A DNA stretch of 56,731 bases, from positions 1 through 56,731 of the forward strand of contig CAYLWZ010000004.1 in assembly GCA_964387825.1 (NCBI GenBank). The letters are read 5' to 3'. Source of the DNA: an uncultured Candidatus Saccharibacteria bacterium (GTDB taxonomy: Bacteria > Patescibacteriota > Minisyncoccia > Minisyncoccales > GWA2-38-27). The position numbers and the translations under genes are program-made. The first letter of the stretch is position 1, and each line of letters begins with the position of its first letter. This document shows, one piece after another, positions 35,651 to 46,863 of the stretch. The notes under the pieces were generated by a model. That model had not been told where the DNA came from, did not search any database, and saw nothing but the letters and a program-made list of their open reading frames with translations.

Positions 35651-36913
35651 TTAAATTTTTTCTACCAGCCGATATTTTTTATAAAGAATATTAAGAAAAT
35701 CGAGAGCAATAGGGTCGTCTATAAATTCTGCCATTTGCTCTATCCAACCCAGTATAGGAAAATCATTATTTTTCTTCCAGTACTCAAGGGCCTGCATCGT
35801 CATTGTGACCCAGTAAATTTGATTAACAAAATTTCCTTCAGGACTCTTTCTTTTCTTGCAATTATCCCATAAATAAATTATCTCCTCTCTTAAGTTTTTA
35901 GAAAGTCCCGAAGTAAGCAAAGACAAAGATTTCTTTTCTTCTTTGTAATCTTTAGCGAATCGTTTTATTTTTACGTTCTTTGAAAATCTGGGCCATCTTT
36001 CTAATATTTTTTTTCGCTCTGATTTTTTATTTGGAAGGATTTCCTCATAAGGGGTTTTATCTTCGGCGTAAACTTCACAAATTTCATAGACTAGGCTCAT
36101 TTTGAGCATTTTTTCTAAATTTAATTTTTTTCTCTTATTTAAAATCCAGACGGTTATAGCCAGAAAAAAGGCATCCTCAGCAACAGTACTGCCGTTTTTC
36201 ACTTCTCTCAAAGTCCAACCTTTTCTCACCATTCCTTTCAACTTTCCTATTTTTAAAAGAAAATCAATGTCTCCATTGATTTTTTTGTTATTCCTATAAA
36301 ATCTTTGCTCAATTCTTCCCAGAAAAGCGCTCAGTGCCGGGTTATCAACTGCCTCTTCTATTTCTTCCCACCATCCGACAACCGGAGAATCTGGAACTGT
36401 TCCCCAATATTCTATTGCTTGAATCAGAGTTTCTACTTTATCGCCCTGTTTAACAAAAACCCCCTCCCGAGATTTCATTCCTTCATAATCAAACCAACAA
36501 CCCATTATTTCGCTTTTTAATTCAGGAGAAAGGTGTTTAACTAACTTTTGAAGCGCTTCTTTCTCTTTTTTGAATTTTATTTTTGCTCTTTTCTCTTTTA
36601 TCTTTTGAGGCAATCTAATCCATCTTTTTAAAATTTCTTTTCTTTTCTTTTTGTTTTTGGGCAATAATCCCCAATAAGGGCTCATGTCGCCGGCATAAAC
36701 TTCGCAGAGGTCATGAACAAGGCTTATTTTAATAATCTTCTCCAAATTTAAAGAAGGCTTATTTTTCAGGGCTAAAATCCAATTTAATACAGCCACTCGA
36801 AAAATATGCTGAGCGATTGTTTCTGGATTTTTAACTCCTAACCAAAGAAAACCGCTTCTTAATATTTTTTTAAGTTTCCCGGCTTCGATAAGAAAGTTAA
36901 TATTTTTTTCCAT
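35651..36913 (-). CDS. Tandem HD-domain protein (YfbR/HDDC2-like); second domain degenerate
   Basis: Domain 1: ETIAQHIFR, VHDLCEV.AGD, DKVE. Domain 2 is an internal duplicate: STVAEDAF, VYEICEV.AED. Confidence 0.85.
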   Translation of the reverse strand: MEKNINFLIEAGKLKKILRSGFLWLGVKNPETIAQHIFRVAVLNWILALKNKPSLNLEKIIKISLVHDLCEVYAGDMSPYWGLLPKNKKKRKEILKRWIRLPQKIKEKRAKIKFKKEKEALQKLVKHLSPELKSEIMGCWFDYEGMKSREGVFVKQGDKVETLIQAIEYWGTVPDSPVVGWWEEIEEAVDNPALSAFLGRIEQRFYRNNKKINGDIDFLLKIGKLKGMVRKGWTLREVKNGSTVAEDAFFLAITVWILNKRKKLNLEKMLKMSLVYEICEVYAEDKTPYEEILPNKKSERKKILERWPRFSKNVKIKRFAKDYKEEKKSLSLLTSGLSKNLREEIIYLWDNCKKRKSPEGNFVNQIYWVTMTMQALEYWKKNNDFPILGWIEQMAEFIDDPIALDFLNILYKKYRLVEKI

Positions 36914-36990
36914 AATATTTATTTTTATCATCTTAAGAGAATAAATACACGGGTCGGACCCGTGTATTCATTAATTTTCCAGGATGATAG

Positions 36991-37464
36991 TTAACTTTCA
37001 TATCTTATTTTTTTAATCTTGTAAATTACTTCTATAGGAGAAGAAATGACAGCCTCATCTCCAACTCGACGACCCAAAAGAGCCCTTCCTACCGGAGATT
37101 CATTGCTAATTTTTCCCAAAGAAGGATTTGCTTCTAATGTCCCAACAATCTTAAATTCGTCCTTGTTTCCGCCTACGTCCACCACCACATCAGCTCCCAA
37201 GCGTATAATATTTCTTTTTTCTTTTGAAGGAAATTTTATTAACTTTACATTTTTCAAGATATTTTCAAGCTCGGCTATTCTTTGGTCAAGCAAACCCACA
37301 TCTTCACGAAAAGAAACAAATTCGGGATTTAAATCCTCCGACTCCAAAACTCGCGGGGCTTCCCCGTCTATCTTGACCGCTCTAAGCGCCCTCAATACTT
37401 TATATTCCTTCTTTATATTCTCCAATCCTTTCGCGGTTAAATAAAATTTTTTCTCAATATTCAT
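36991..37464 (-). CDS. greA: GreA/GreB-family transcription factor
   Basis: YLT..G...IKKE, RI.ELE.IL, IVGT.EANP..GKISNESPVGRALLG. Confidence 0.85.
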   Translation of the reverse strand: MNIEKKFYLTAKGLENIKKEYKVLRALRAVKIDGEAPRVLESEDLNPEFVSFREDVGLLDQRIAELENILKNVKLIKFPSKEKRNIIRLGADVVVDVGGNKDEFKIVGTLEANPSLGKISNESPVGRALLGRRVGDEAVISSPIEVIYKIKKIRYES

Positions 37465-37831
37465 ATGCTTAAGACCTGATAAATTTAAGATTAAAAGTCC
37501 CCTTTTATTGAAGGGGATAAGATTAAGCTTTTAAATTATATGTCTTATCCCTTTCAATAAATTTTTTTAATTAACAAATAACTGGCAAAATCAAAAGCCG
37601 GAATAGCTTTTGTCTTGATGTTATATTTTTTAATATTTTTACTCTTTGTTAACATTAAAATCATCATTTTGTTTTTAGTTATCCCCGCGCCCTAAATGTA
37701 ACTGTCTCCTAATTTATTATTATATTTTATTTCATTAAAATAATTTGTCAATAGCTTGGCGCAACCCTAGACCTCCAAATAGAGACCCGCTCTCTCCCGC
37801 TCGCAACGGGACATAGCGGGTCTCCCGCAAT

Positions 37832-39613
<1,782 letters not shown>

Positions 39614-39618
39614 GGCGA

Positions 39619-39909
39619 TTATTCTATAATCGCTAAAATATCTTCTTGTTTTGCTATTAAATATTCTTTATCTCCGACTTTTATTTCGTTTGGACCGTAT
39701 TTGGTAAAAAGAACCTTTTCTCCTCTCCTTATGTCAATAGGGATAATTTTTCCAGAAGAGGTTTTGCGGCCCGGGCCTACGGCAATCACCCTGCCCTGCT
39801 CAGGCCTTTCTTTTTCAATCGTTTGGGGAAGAAAAATACCTGTTTTTGTTTTTTCTTCCTCTTTTATCGGCTCAATTAAAATATAATCTGATAATGGTTT
39901 AATGTTCAT
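39619..39909 (-). CDS. groS: Co-chaperonin GroES
   Basis: IKPL.DYILI, KTKTGIFLP, G.VIAVGPG, KYG..EIK, DILAII. Confidence 0.97.
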   Translation of the reverse strand: MNIKPLSDYILIEPIKEEEKTKTGIFLPQTIEKERPEQGRVIAVGPGRKTSSGKIIPIDIRRGEKVLFTKYGPNEIKVGDKEYLIAKQEDILAIIE

Positions 39910-39972
39910 TTCTCTTTTTTAAGATTAAAAATTATTTCATTGCGACCTTTGTTTGCTAATTTATATATCCTT

Positions 39973-40000
39973 ATTCTAATCGCAAAGAAAAAAAAGTCAA
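39973..40000 (-). promoter_or_regulatory. Candidate sigma70 promoter of groES-groEL
   Basis: TTGACT-16 nt-TAGAAT on the minus strand. Confidence 0.5.
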
Positions 40001-40010
40001 GCCCAAAATT

Positions 40011-40091
40011 AAATTGTTAAATTGTTTCTATTAATCTAGCAATTCAGCAATAAGCGAACAAAGCGAGCGATAGCAATTTAGCAATTTAACA
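40011..40091. repeat. AAATTGTT...AGCGAG...ATTTAGCA repeat, copy 2 of 3
   Basis: Similar to 1755-1833 and 45759-45845. Confidence 0.7.
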
Positions 40092-40151
40092 GATGGTTGA
40101 CCTAAAATTAAAACTCTGATATCATAATAATATAGCAGGCACAATAAAAGT

Positions 40152-40529
40152 ATGATAGGAAGATTATTCTTCAATATTATCGCCGGGATGCTGGGTCTTT
40201 TCTTGTCAATCAAGCTGAGTCAAATCCAGGCAATAAGTTTTATTTACGGAATAGAATATAGCGGTCCTGTCAGAACGGTACTGATAACGGGAGGATTTTT
40301 AGGATTAATTAATTTCTTTGTTAAGCCGATATTGGATAAAATCTCACTTCCTTTAAAAATTATCACTCTTGGATTATCCGGCTTAATTATAAATATGTTT
40401 ATGATATGGGTGGTAGTTGATATTTTCTCTCCGATAGAAATTAAAGGAATTATTCCCCTTTTCTGGACAACAATTATAGTTTGGCTGTTAAGTTTAATCT
40501 TTGGGCTTTCCCGCTCTTCTGCTAAATGA
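40152..40529 (+). CDS. YvlD-like 4-TM 'phage holin family' membrane protein
   Basis: GLINFFVKPIL..ISLPL.IITLGL..LIIN motif. Confidence 0.85.
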   Translation: MIGRLFFNIIAGMLGLFLSIKLSQIQAISFIYGIEYSGPVRTVLITGGFLGLINFFVKPILDKISLPLKIITLGLSGLIINMFMIWVVVDIFSPIEIKGIIPLFWTTIIVWLLSLIFGLSRSSAK

Positions 40530-40699
40530 ATAAACCTAATGCGTAATAATCTTTTCTACTCAACTTTGAAATTTTGGCTGCAAATCATTCAGAACTCGTC
40601 AATGTATATTCTACCATATACATTTCCTCGTCCTTTATAATTTTCGCTCAAAATTTCTGCGTTTCCCTACGAAAAATTATTACGTATTAGGTTTAATAT

Positions 40700-40921
40700 A
40701 TGAAAAATATTTTAATAATCGCCCAACTTATAATTTCCGCTCTCCTGATTATTTTTATCCTTCTCCAACAAAGAGGGACTGCTTTGGGCTCCGCTTTCGG
40801 GGGCGGCGGAGAAGGATTTTACGCCACTAGACGGGGAATTGAGAAAAAAATCTATTGGGCAGCAATAATTTGCGGCGTCCTCTTTATCGTCTTAGCTATG
40901 GTGAATCTTTTTACATCTTAA
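40700..40921 (+). CDS. secG: Preprotein translocase subunit SecG
   Basis: ILLQQRG.ALGSAFGG, TRRGIEK, two TM helices. Confidence 0.92.
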   Translation: MKNILIIAQLIISALLIIFILLQQRGTALGSAFGGGGEGFYATRRGIEKKIYWAAIICGVLFIVLAMVNLFTS

Positions 40922-42996
40922 TGTCATTGTCAACAAAAATTAATCCCCTCAAATTTTTTCCAAAACGGGGTATCCCGCTAAAAACGGGGCAACCTAACAG
41001 GATAAAAAAATGGCCTGTCAAGTCCCAATGGAAGTATTTTTTCAGGGTCTTTTCAAAAAAAGAAAAAATTTTTTTTCTCATTTTTTTTATTTTGGCTTTT
41101 TGCTCCTTTATTTTTTTAACAAATAATTTTTATCTAAAAAACACCGAAGTCAAAGCCGCTTCCGGAGGAACTTATAAAGAAGGGGTAATCGGACAGCCAA
41201 GGTTCATCAATCCCATTTACGCCAATTCCGACATTGACAGAGATTTAGTCCAGCTTATATTCTCCGGTTTAATGAAATACGACGAGAATATGGAAATAGT
41301 ACCCGATTTGGCTGAAAAATACGAAGTAAGCCCGGACGGTAAGGATTATATATTTTCTTTAAGAAAAAATATTCTCTGGCAGGATAAGCAACCAATAGAA
41401 GCCGACGATATAATTTTCACTATAAAGACAATTCAGAACGCGGATACCAAAAGTCCTTTGCGGGCGAACTGGGTAGGAGTAGAAATTGAGAAAATTGACG
41501 ACCGGACAATAAAATTTAAATTACAAAAACCTTACAGCGCTTTTCTTGAAAATTGTGTTTTGAAAATCCTGCCAAAACATATTTGGAAAGATATCCCGGC
41601 TAAAAATCTTCCCCTGGAAAACGATTACAATCTAAATCCCGTCGGTTCCGGACTCTACAAACTTAAAGAATTGAAGCGCGATAGTTCTGGCAACGTAAAA
41701 TCCATACTTTTATCCCAAAACAAGCTCTATTTTGGGAAAAAGCCGAATATCTCCAAAATTGAATTTCTGTTTTTCAATAATGAAGAAGAATTGAGCAAAG
41801 CGGCAAAATACGAAAAAATTGAAGGGCTGTCTTTAAATTCTCTTAATCAGCTCGGCGACGGATGGCAAAATTATTCCCTTTCCTTTCCACGATATTTCGC
41901 TGTTTTCTTTAACCAGAGTAAATCAAAGGTTTTGGCTGAAAAAAACGTCCGTTTGGCTTTGAACTACGCAACCGACAAAAAAGAAATAGCCAAAAAAGTT
42001 CTTGGTCTTCAGGAGAATTCTCCCAATATTGACAAAGCAATTTCCCAGTCGCCTGTTCTGCCAAAAGTTTATGGATTTAATCCTCCGTCGAAAATTTACG
42101 GTTTTGACCTTCAAAACGCCAAAGAAATTTTAGAAAAAGCGGGGTTTAAAGAAAATGAAAACAGTTTAAGGGAAAAACATATTCAAAAAGAAAGAACTTT
42201 TACTTTTAAAAAACGGCTCCAAAAAGATTCTCAGGGAGAAGAAGTAAAAGAGCTTCAAAAATGCCTGGCTAATCCCGCTTTAGCGGGACCGGAAATTTAT
42301 CCCTTTGGAGAAGCAACGGGATATTTTGGCGAAAAAACAAAACAGGCGGTTATCAATTTCCAGGAAAAATACAAAAAAGATATTTTAGATCCCTGGAATT
42401 TTACCAATGGAACAGGGATAGTAGGTAAAACCACTCAGGAGAAACTAAATGAAATTTGTTTCCCGGCTCCAGAAGAAACCCTGCCTTTAAAATTTTCTTT
42501 AATTACCGTTGACCAACCTCAATTACTAAAAGTTGCCGAAATCTTGAAGGAACAATGGAAGACGGCGGGAGTGGAAGTGGAAATTAAAAAATTTCCTCTT
42601 TCTCAACTTGAACAGGATTTTATTAAACCAAGAAATTACGAAAGTTTGCTTTTAGGAGAAGTTTTGGGGGCTATCCCAGACCCCCTTCCCTTTTGGCATT
42701 CTTCTCAAAAAAACGACCCCGGATTAAATCTTTCGTTATACGAAAACGAAAAAGCCGATGAATTATTGGAGAAAAATCGAGAAGCGTCCGACCCAAAAAC
42801 AAGAAGAGAGAAATTAGAACTTTTCCAAAATATGGTGATTGAAGATGCTCCGGCAATATTTTTATACAGTCCTGATTATATTTATACCATTTCAAAAGAA
42901 GTAAAAGGGGTAGAAGTCAGAAAAATCGTTGAGCCCTCAAACCGCTTTTCCGGGATTGAAAACTGGTACCTCAAAACTAAAAGACAGTGGAAATAA
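40921..42996 (+). CDS. Family 5 (OppA-like) substrate-binding protein with an inserted peptidoglycan-binding-like domain
   Basis: G.PRFINP, IFSGL.KYD, PDLAE, W.D..PI.ADD..FT, GSGLYK; internal L..DSQGEEVKELQ..L...TGYFG..T..AV..FQ. Confidence 0.85.
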   Translation: MSLSTKINPLKFFPKRGIPLKTGQPNRIKKWPVKSQWKYFFRVFSKKEKIFFLIFFILAFCSFIFLTNNFYLKNTEVKAASGGTYKEGVIGQPRFINPIYANSDIDRDLVQLIFSGLMKYDENMEIVPDLAEKYEVSPDGKDYIFSLRKNILWQDKQPIEADDIIFTIKTIQNADTKSPLRANWVGVEIEKIDDRTIKFKLQKPYSAFLENCVLKILPKHIWKDIPAKNLPLENDYNLNPVGSGLYKLKELKRDSSGNVKSILLSQNKLYFGKKPNISKIEFLFFNNEEELSKAAKYEKIEGLSLNSLNQLGDGWQNYSLSFPRYFAVFFNQSKSKVLAEKNVRLALNYATDKKEIAKKVLGLQENSPNIDKAISQSPVLPKVYGFNPPSKIYGFDLQNAKEILEKAGFKENENSLREKHIQKERTFTFKKRLQKDSQGEEVKELQKCLANPALAGPEIYPFGEATGYFGEKTKQAVINFQEKYKKDILDPWNFTNGTGIVGKTTQEKLNEICFPAPEETLPLKFSLITVDQPQLLKVAEILKEQWKTAGVEVEIKKFPLSQLEQDFIKPRNYESLLLGEVLGAIPDPLPFWHSSQKNDPGLNLSLYENEKADELLEKNREASDPKTRREKLELFQNMVIEDAPAIFLYSPDYIYTISKEVKGVEVRKIVEPSNRFSGIENWYLKTKRQWK

Positions 42997-43035
42997 GATA
43001 ACAGAGAGCGACCCTCTGTCAAAAATTATTAGAAT

Positions 43036-43686
43036 ATGGCAATCCCCTTAGCTAAAAAATTAAAAATGAAAATAAACCTAAAAGGTAAAATTCCCGACAT
43101 TCGCCACTTAGACGATATGCGCGATGTTCTTTACGACCAAAAATGGTTAAAAACGGCTCCTGACGCAGAACTTTATTATATGTATAGAGGGATTAAACCC
43201 CCGCACCTGTTCATAGGTGGCGGGGATAAAAAGAATAATGATTTAAGATACGATATTACTATTATTCCAGCAAAAACGCTGGGCAAAGAATTTGTAAAAA
43301 CAAAAGGCCACCAGCATATCGGAAATTACGGTGAACTCTATATTGTTCTCAACGGAAAGGCAATTTACTTAGCGCAAAAAAGAGAAAACAAAGAAATTAC
43401 AGATATTTTCGCCATAAAAGCTAAAAAGGACGATATCGCAATTATTCCTCCGGGATATGAGCATATCACCATTAATCCTTCAAAAAAAGAAACTCTAAAA
43501 ATGGCGAATTGGGTTTCTGAAAACTGCCGGAACAACTACCAGCCAATTCAAAAAATGGGTGGCGCCTGTTATTTTTATACTGAAGACGGCTGGCTCAAAA
43601 ATAAAAACTATAAAAAAATTCCGAAACTTCGCTTTAAGAAACCGCGAAAAACAATGCCGATAGACCTTGACTTCCTTCGCGGATAA
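43036..43686 (+). CDS. Cupin-type (archaeal-type) glucose-6-phosphate isomerase family protein
   Basis: YYMYRG, LRYDITII, EFVKTKGH.H, ELY.VL.G, IPPGYEH.TINP, YQPI..MGGACY. Confidence 0.85.
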   Translation: MAIPLAKKLKMKINLKGKIPDIRHLDDMRDVLYDQKWLKTAPDAELYYMYRGIKPPHLFIGGGDKKNNDLRYDITIIPAKTLGKEFVKTKGHQHIGNYGELYIVLNGKAIYLAQKRENKEITDIFAIKAKKDDIAIIPPGYEHITINPSKKETLKMANWVSENCRNNYQPIQKMGGACYFYTEDGWLKNKNYKKIPKLRFKKPRKTMPIDLDFLRG

Positions 43687-43697
43687 TAATAATAAAT

Positions 43698-43849
43698 AAT
43701 TTTGAATTTTGAATTTTGAATCAATTTTGAATGATTTAATGATTTAATTTTTAGACAAAAAAGAATTAACTCCAAAAAAAACTTTTTTGTTTATTTCATT
43801 AAAAAATTCAAAAATTAAATCATTTATTCAAAATTCAAAATTCAAAATT
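43698..43849. repeat. Two-armed (TTTTGAA)n/(TTCAAAA)n element; copy at 53215-53352
   Basis: Both copies share the arms ATTTTGAATTTTGAATTT..AATCAATTT.GAATGAT and TTTATTCAAAATTCAAAATTCAAAATT. Confidence 0.85.
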
Positions 43850-43866
43850 ATTTATTATTAGGGAGG

Positions 43867-43950
43867 GCGGACGTGGCGGAACAGGTATACGCCCTGGCCT
43901 CAGAAGCCAGGGGGCGCAAGCCCATGAGAGTTCAATTCTCTCCGTCCGCA
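43867..43950 (+). tRNA. tRNA-Leu(CAG)
   Basis: Acceptor GCGGACG/CGTCCGC, anticodon stem CTGGC/GCCAG with loop CTCAGAA, long variable arm, T-loop TTCAATT, discriminator A; CCA not encoded. Confidence 0.95.
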
Positions 43951-44028
43951 CAAAATTAAGCGCGCCAGAAATACCGGGAAATGTCGGGGGAATGTCGGGG
44001 TAAGACCCCAACAGTTCTTCTTATTTTT

Positions 44029-45753
44029 ATGGATAAAAAAAATAAAACAAAAAAATATAGAAACTATGTCCAAGAGGAAAAGAACAATAATAGTCTTCGG
44101 ATTATTCCTTTGGGCGGATGCGAAGAAGTGGGAAGAAATATGACCGTTTTTGAATACAAGAAAGATATCGTGATTTTAGATATGGGACTGCAGTTTCCCG
44201 AAGAAGATATGCCCGGCATAGATTATGTTATTCCAAATACTGAATATCTAAAAGGAAAAGAACGGAACATCCAGGGCGTCATCTTTTCTCATGGCCATTT
44301 AGACCATATTGGAGCCGCTCCAATATTGTTAAAAAAGCTCGGCAATCCCCTTGCCATAGGAAGGCCTCTTACAATAGAAATGATAAAACACCTTCTTGAA
44401 GATTTCAGCAAAGGAAGCTCAAAGACGCTTAAAACTATTTATGTAAAAAACCTTCAAGACAAGATACACCTCGGGTCTTTTACTATTTCTTTTTTCAGGG
44501 TAGACCACGCTATTATGGACGCTGTGGGCACAATCATAGAAACCCCAGTGGCAACAGTCATCCATCCCGGCGATTGGATGATTGAACATAACCCTGCAGG
44601 AAGAGCTCAAATAAACTACTCCTATTTGGAAAAATTAAAAAAACCAACTATTTTAATGCTTGAAAGTTTAGGCGCCATCAATTACAAAAAACCGGTCACA
44701 GAAGAACAAATGCTTAATAATCTCTATAATTTAATCAGCGCCGCCCCGGGGAGAATAATTATCGCCACTTTCTCCTCGCAGCTTCAAAGAATAAAACAGA
44801 TATTAGAATACGCTTCAAAAATCGGGAAAAAAGTGGTTCTTGATGGCTTTTCTATGAAGATAAACGTAGAAATCGCCAAAAAATTGGGCTATATTAAACC
44901 AATAAAAGGGACCGCAATTTTGGTAGATAAAATAAAAAATTATCCCGATAACAAGATAATTGTAATCTGCACCGGCTCCCAAGGAGAAGAAATGTCTGCT
45001 CTCTCAAGAATTGTTACTGGAAACCACCGCTTTATAACCCTTAAAAAAAGCGATACCGTTATTTTTTCTTCATCGGTAATTCCGGGAAACGAAAGAACAA
45101 TCCAGCGCCTCAAGGATAATATTTACCGCCTTTCCGATAACGTGTATCACAGTGAAATAATGGCTGTCCACACTTCTGGACACAGCAATAGAATTGATAT
45201 CCAAGAAGTTATAAAGCAAATCAAGCCGACTTATTTTATCCCGGTTTATGCTAATTATTTTATATTAAAAGAAGCGGCTAAAATAGCCTATAATGCGGGA
45301 TTTCCAAAAGATAAAGTATTTGTTCCTGACAACGGTTCAATTATCCAGTTTAATAAAGAAGGCATCAAAATACTTAAAGGAAAAGTGCCCACAAATTATG
45401 TTTTTGTTGACGGGCTCGGAGTGGGAGATGTTGGAGAAATTGTTTTGAGGGACCGTCAGATGTTATCCAAAGACGGAATGTTTGTCATTGTGGCCATTAT
45501 GGACAGCCAAACTGGAAAAGTTAAAGGTTCTCCTGATATAATATCAAGAGGATTTGTTTATCTCCGAGAATCAAAAGACCTGCTCCGCCAGACCAGGCAT
45601 AAAGTAGTTTCTATTATCAACGAAGCCGCCGGAAACAAAGAAAATATCAACCAGAGCTATCTTAAGAACGAAGTTAGAAATAAAATCGGCCAGTTTCTAT
45701 TCTCAAAAACCGAACGAAGACCTATTGTCCTACCTGTAATAATTGAAGTATAG
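44029..45753 (+). CDS. rnj: Ribonuclease J
   Basis: IIPLGG.EEVGRNM, SHGHLDHIGA, TGSQGE.MSAL, HTSGH, SRGFVY. Confidence 0.96.
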   Translation: MDKKNKTKKYRNYVQEEKNNNSLRIIPLGGCEEVGRNMTVFEYKKDIVILDMGLQFPEEDMPGIDYVIPNTEYLKGKERNIQGVIFSHGHLDHIGAAPILLKKLGNPLAIGRPLTIEMIKHLLEDFSKGSSKTLKTIYVKNLQDKIHLGSFTISFFRVDHAIMDAVGTIIETPVATVIHPGDWMIEHNPAGRAQINYSYLEKLKKPTILMLESLGAINYKKPVTEEQMLNNLYNLISAAPGRIIIATFSSQLQRIKQILEYASKIGKKVVLDGFSMKINVEIAKKLGYIKPIKGTAILVDKIKNYPDNKIIVICTGSQGEEMSALSRIVTGNHRFITLKKSDTVIFSSSVIPGNERTIQRLKDNIYRLSDNVYHSEIMAVHTSGHSNRIDIQEVIKQIKPTYFIPVYANYFILKEAAKIAYNAGFPKDKVFVPDNGSIIQFNKEGIKILKGKVPTNYVFVDGLGVGDVGEIVLRDRQMLSKDGMFVIVAIMDSQTGKVKGSPDIISRGFVYLRESKDLLRQTRHKVVSIINEAAGNKENINQSYLKNEVRNKIGQFLFSKTERRPIVLPVIIEV

Positions 45754-45758
45754 ACAAC

Positions 45759-45845
45759 ATTGTTAAATTGTTAAACTAATGCAAATAATTTAACAATGAG
45801 CGAGCGTAGCAAGCAATAGCAATTTAGCAATTTAGCAATTTAATT
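45759..45845. repeat. AAATTGTT...AGCGAG...ATTTAGCA repeat, copy 3 of 3
   Basis: Similar to 1755-1833 and 40011-40091. Confidence 0.7.
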
Positions 45846-45852
45846 TATTTTT

Positions 45853-46833
45853 ATGAAAATATTCAGCGGTATCAGGCCAACGGGAGAATTACATATTGGC
45901 AATTATTTAGGCGCGATTAAGCAATGGTTTGCGCTTCAGGAAAATAATGAATGCATTTTTTGTATTGTTGACTTACACGCAATAACCACTCCTTATAGTC
46001 CGAAAGAATTGCAGAGAACTATTCTTGAAACTGCCGCAATTTATCTTGCCGCCGGCCTTGACCCCGAAAAATCAATCATCTTTATTCAGTCCAATATAAA
46101 GGAACATACTGAATTGGCATGGCTGTTGGGAACAATCACTCCCTTAGGCGAACTGAAAAGAATGACTCAGTTTAAAGAAAAAACGAAAAAACATCCGGAA
46201 TACATTAACGCCGGCCTTCTAAATTATCCTATTTTAATGGCAGCCGATATTCTGCTTTACAAAACAGAAGCCGTCCCCGTAGGCAAAGACCAGAAACAGC
46301 ATGTTGAGATAACGAGAGATATCGCTCGCCGTTTTAATAAAAAATTCGGGAAAACCTTTGAAGAACCGCAAGTATTACTGTCAAAGTTTGGCCAAAAAAT
46401 TATGTCGTTGCAGGAACCGAGGAAAAAAATGTCAAAAAGCGACAATCCCAAAAATTACATTTCTCTTTTTGAGGAACCTAAAAAAATCAAAGAAAAAATT
46501 ATGGCGGCGATTACCGACCCGGGAAAAAAAATAGAATACAACCGAAAAAGAAAACCTGGGATATCTAATCTCCTCACTATTTATTCTCTGTTTTCCGGCC
46601 AATCTATAAAGGAAATAGAAAAAGAATTCAAAGAGAAAAACTACGAAATGTTTAAAAAATCTTTAACCGCGCTTCTGACAAATTCTCTCTTTCCTTTTAG
46701 GCGGAAAAGAAAAGAACTTCTCTCACGAGAAGTTTACGTCCGGGAAACCCTGAAAAAGGGAGCGAAAAAAGCGGAAATTGCCGCTCAATTTACTATGCAG
46801 GAAGTCCGCAAAAAAATGGGCTTAATTTCGTAA
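45853..46833 (+). CDS. trpS: Tryptophan--tRNA ligase
   Basis: SGIRPTGELHIGNYLGA, YPILMAADIL, VPVGKDQ.QH, KMSKS. Confidence 0.97.
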   Translation: MKIFSGIRPTGELHIGNYLGAIKQWFALQENNECIFCIVDLHAITTPYSPKELQRTILETAAIYLAAGLDPEKSIIFIQSNIKEHTELAWLLGTITPLGELKRMTQFKEKTKKHPEYINAGLLNYPILMAADILLYKTEAVPVGKDQKQHVEITRDIARRFNKKFGKTFEEPQVLLSKFGQKIMSLQEPRKKMSKSDNPKNYISLFEEPKKIKEKIMAAITDPGKKIEYNRKRKPGISNLLTIYSLFSGQSIKEIEKEFKEKNYEMFKKSLTALLTNSLFPFRRKRKELLSREVYVRETLKKGAKKAEIAAQFTMQEVRKKMGLIS

Positions 46834-46863
46834 TTGCTTAACCTGATTAAGCAACGCCCGGAT

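Noticed and set aside
39910-40010. CIRCE operator upstream of groES
   Set aside because: No TTAGCACTC-N9-GAGTGCTAA found.
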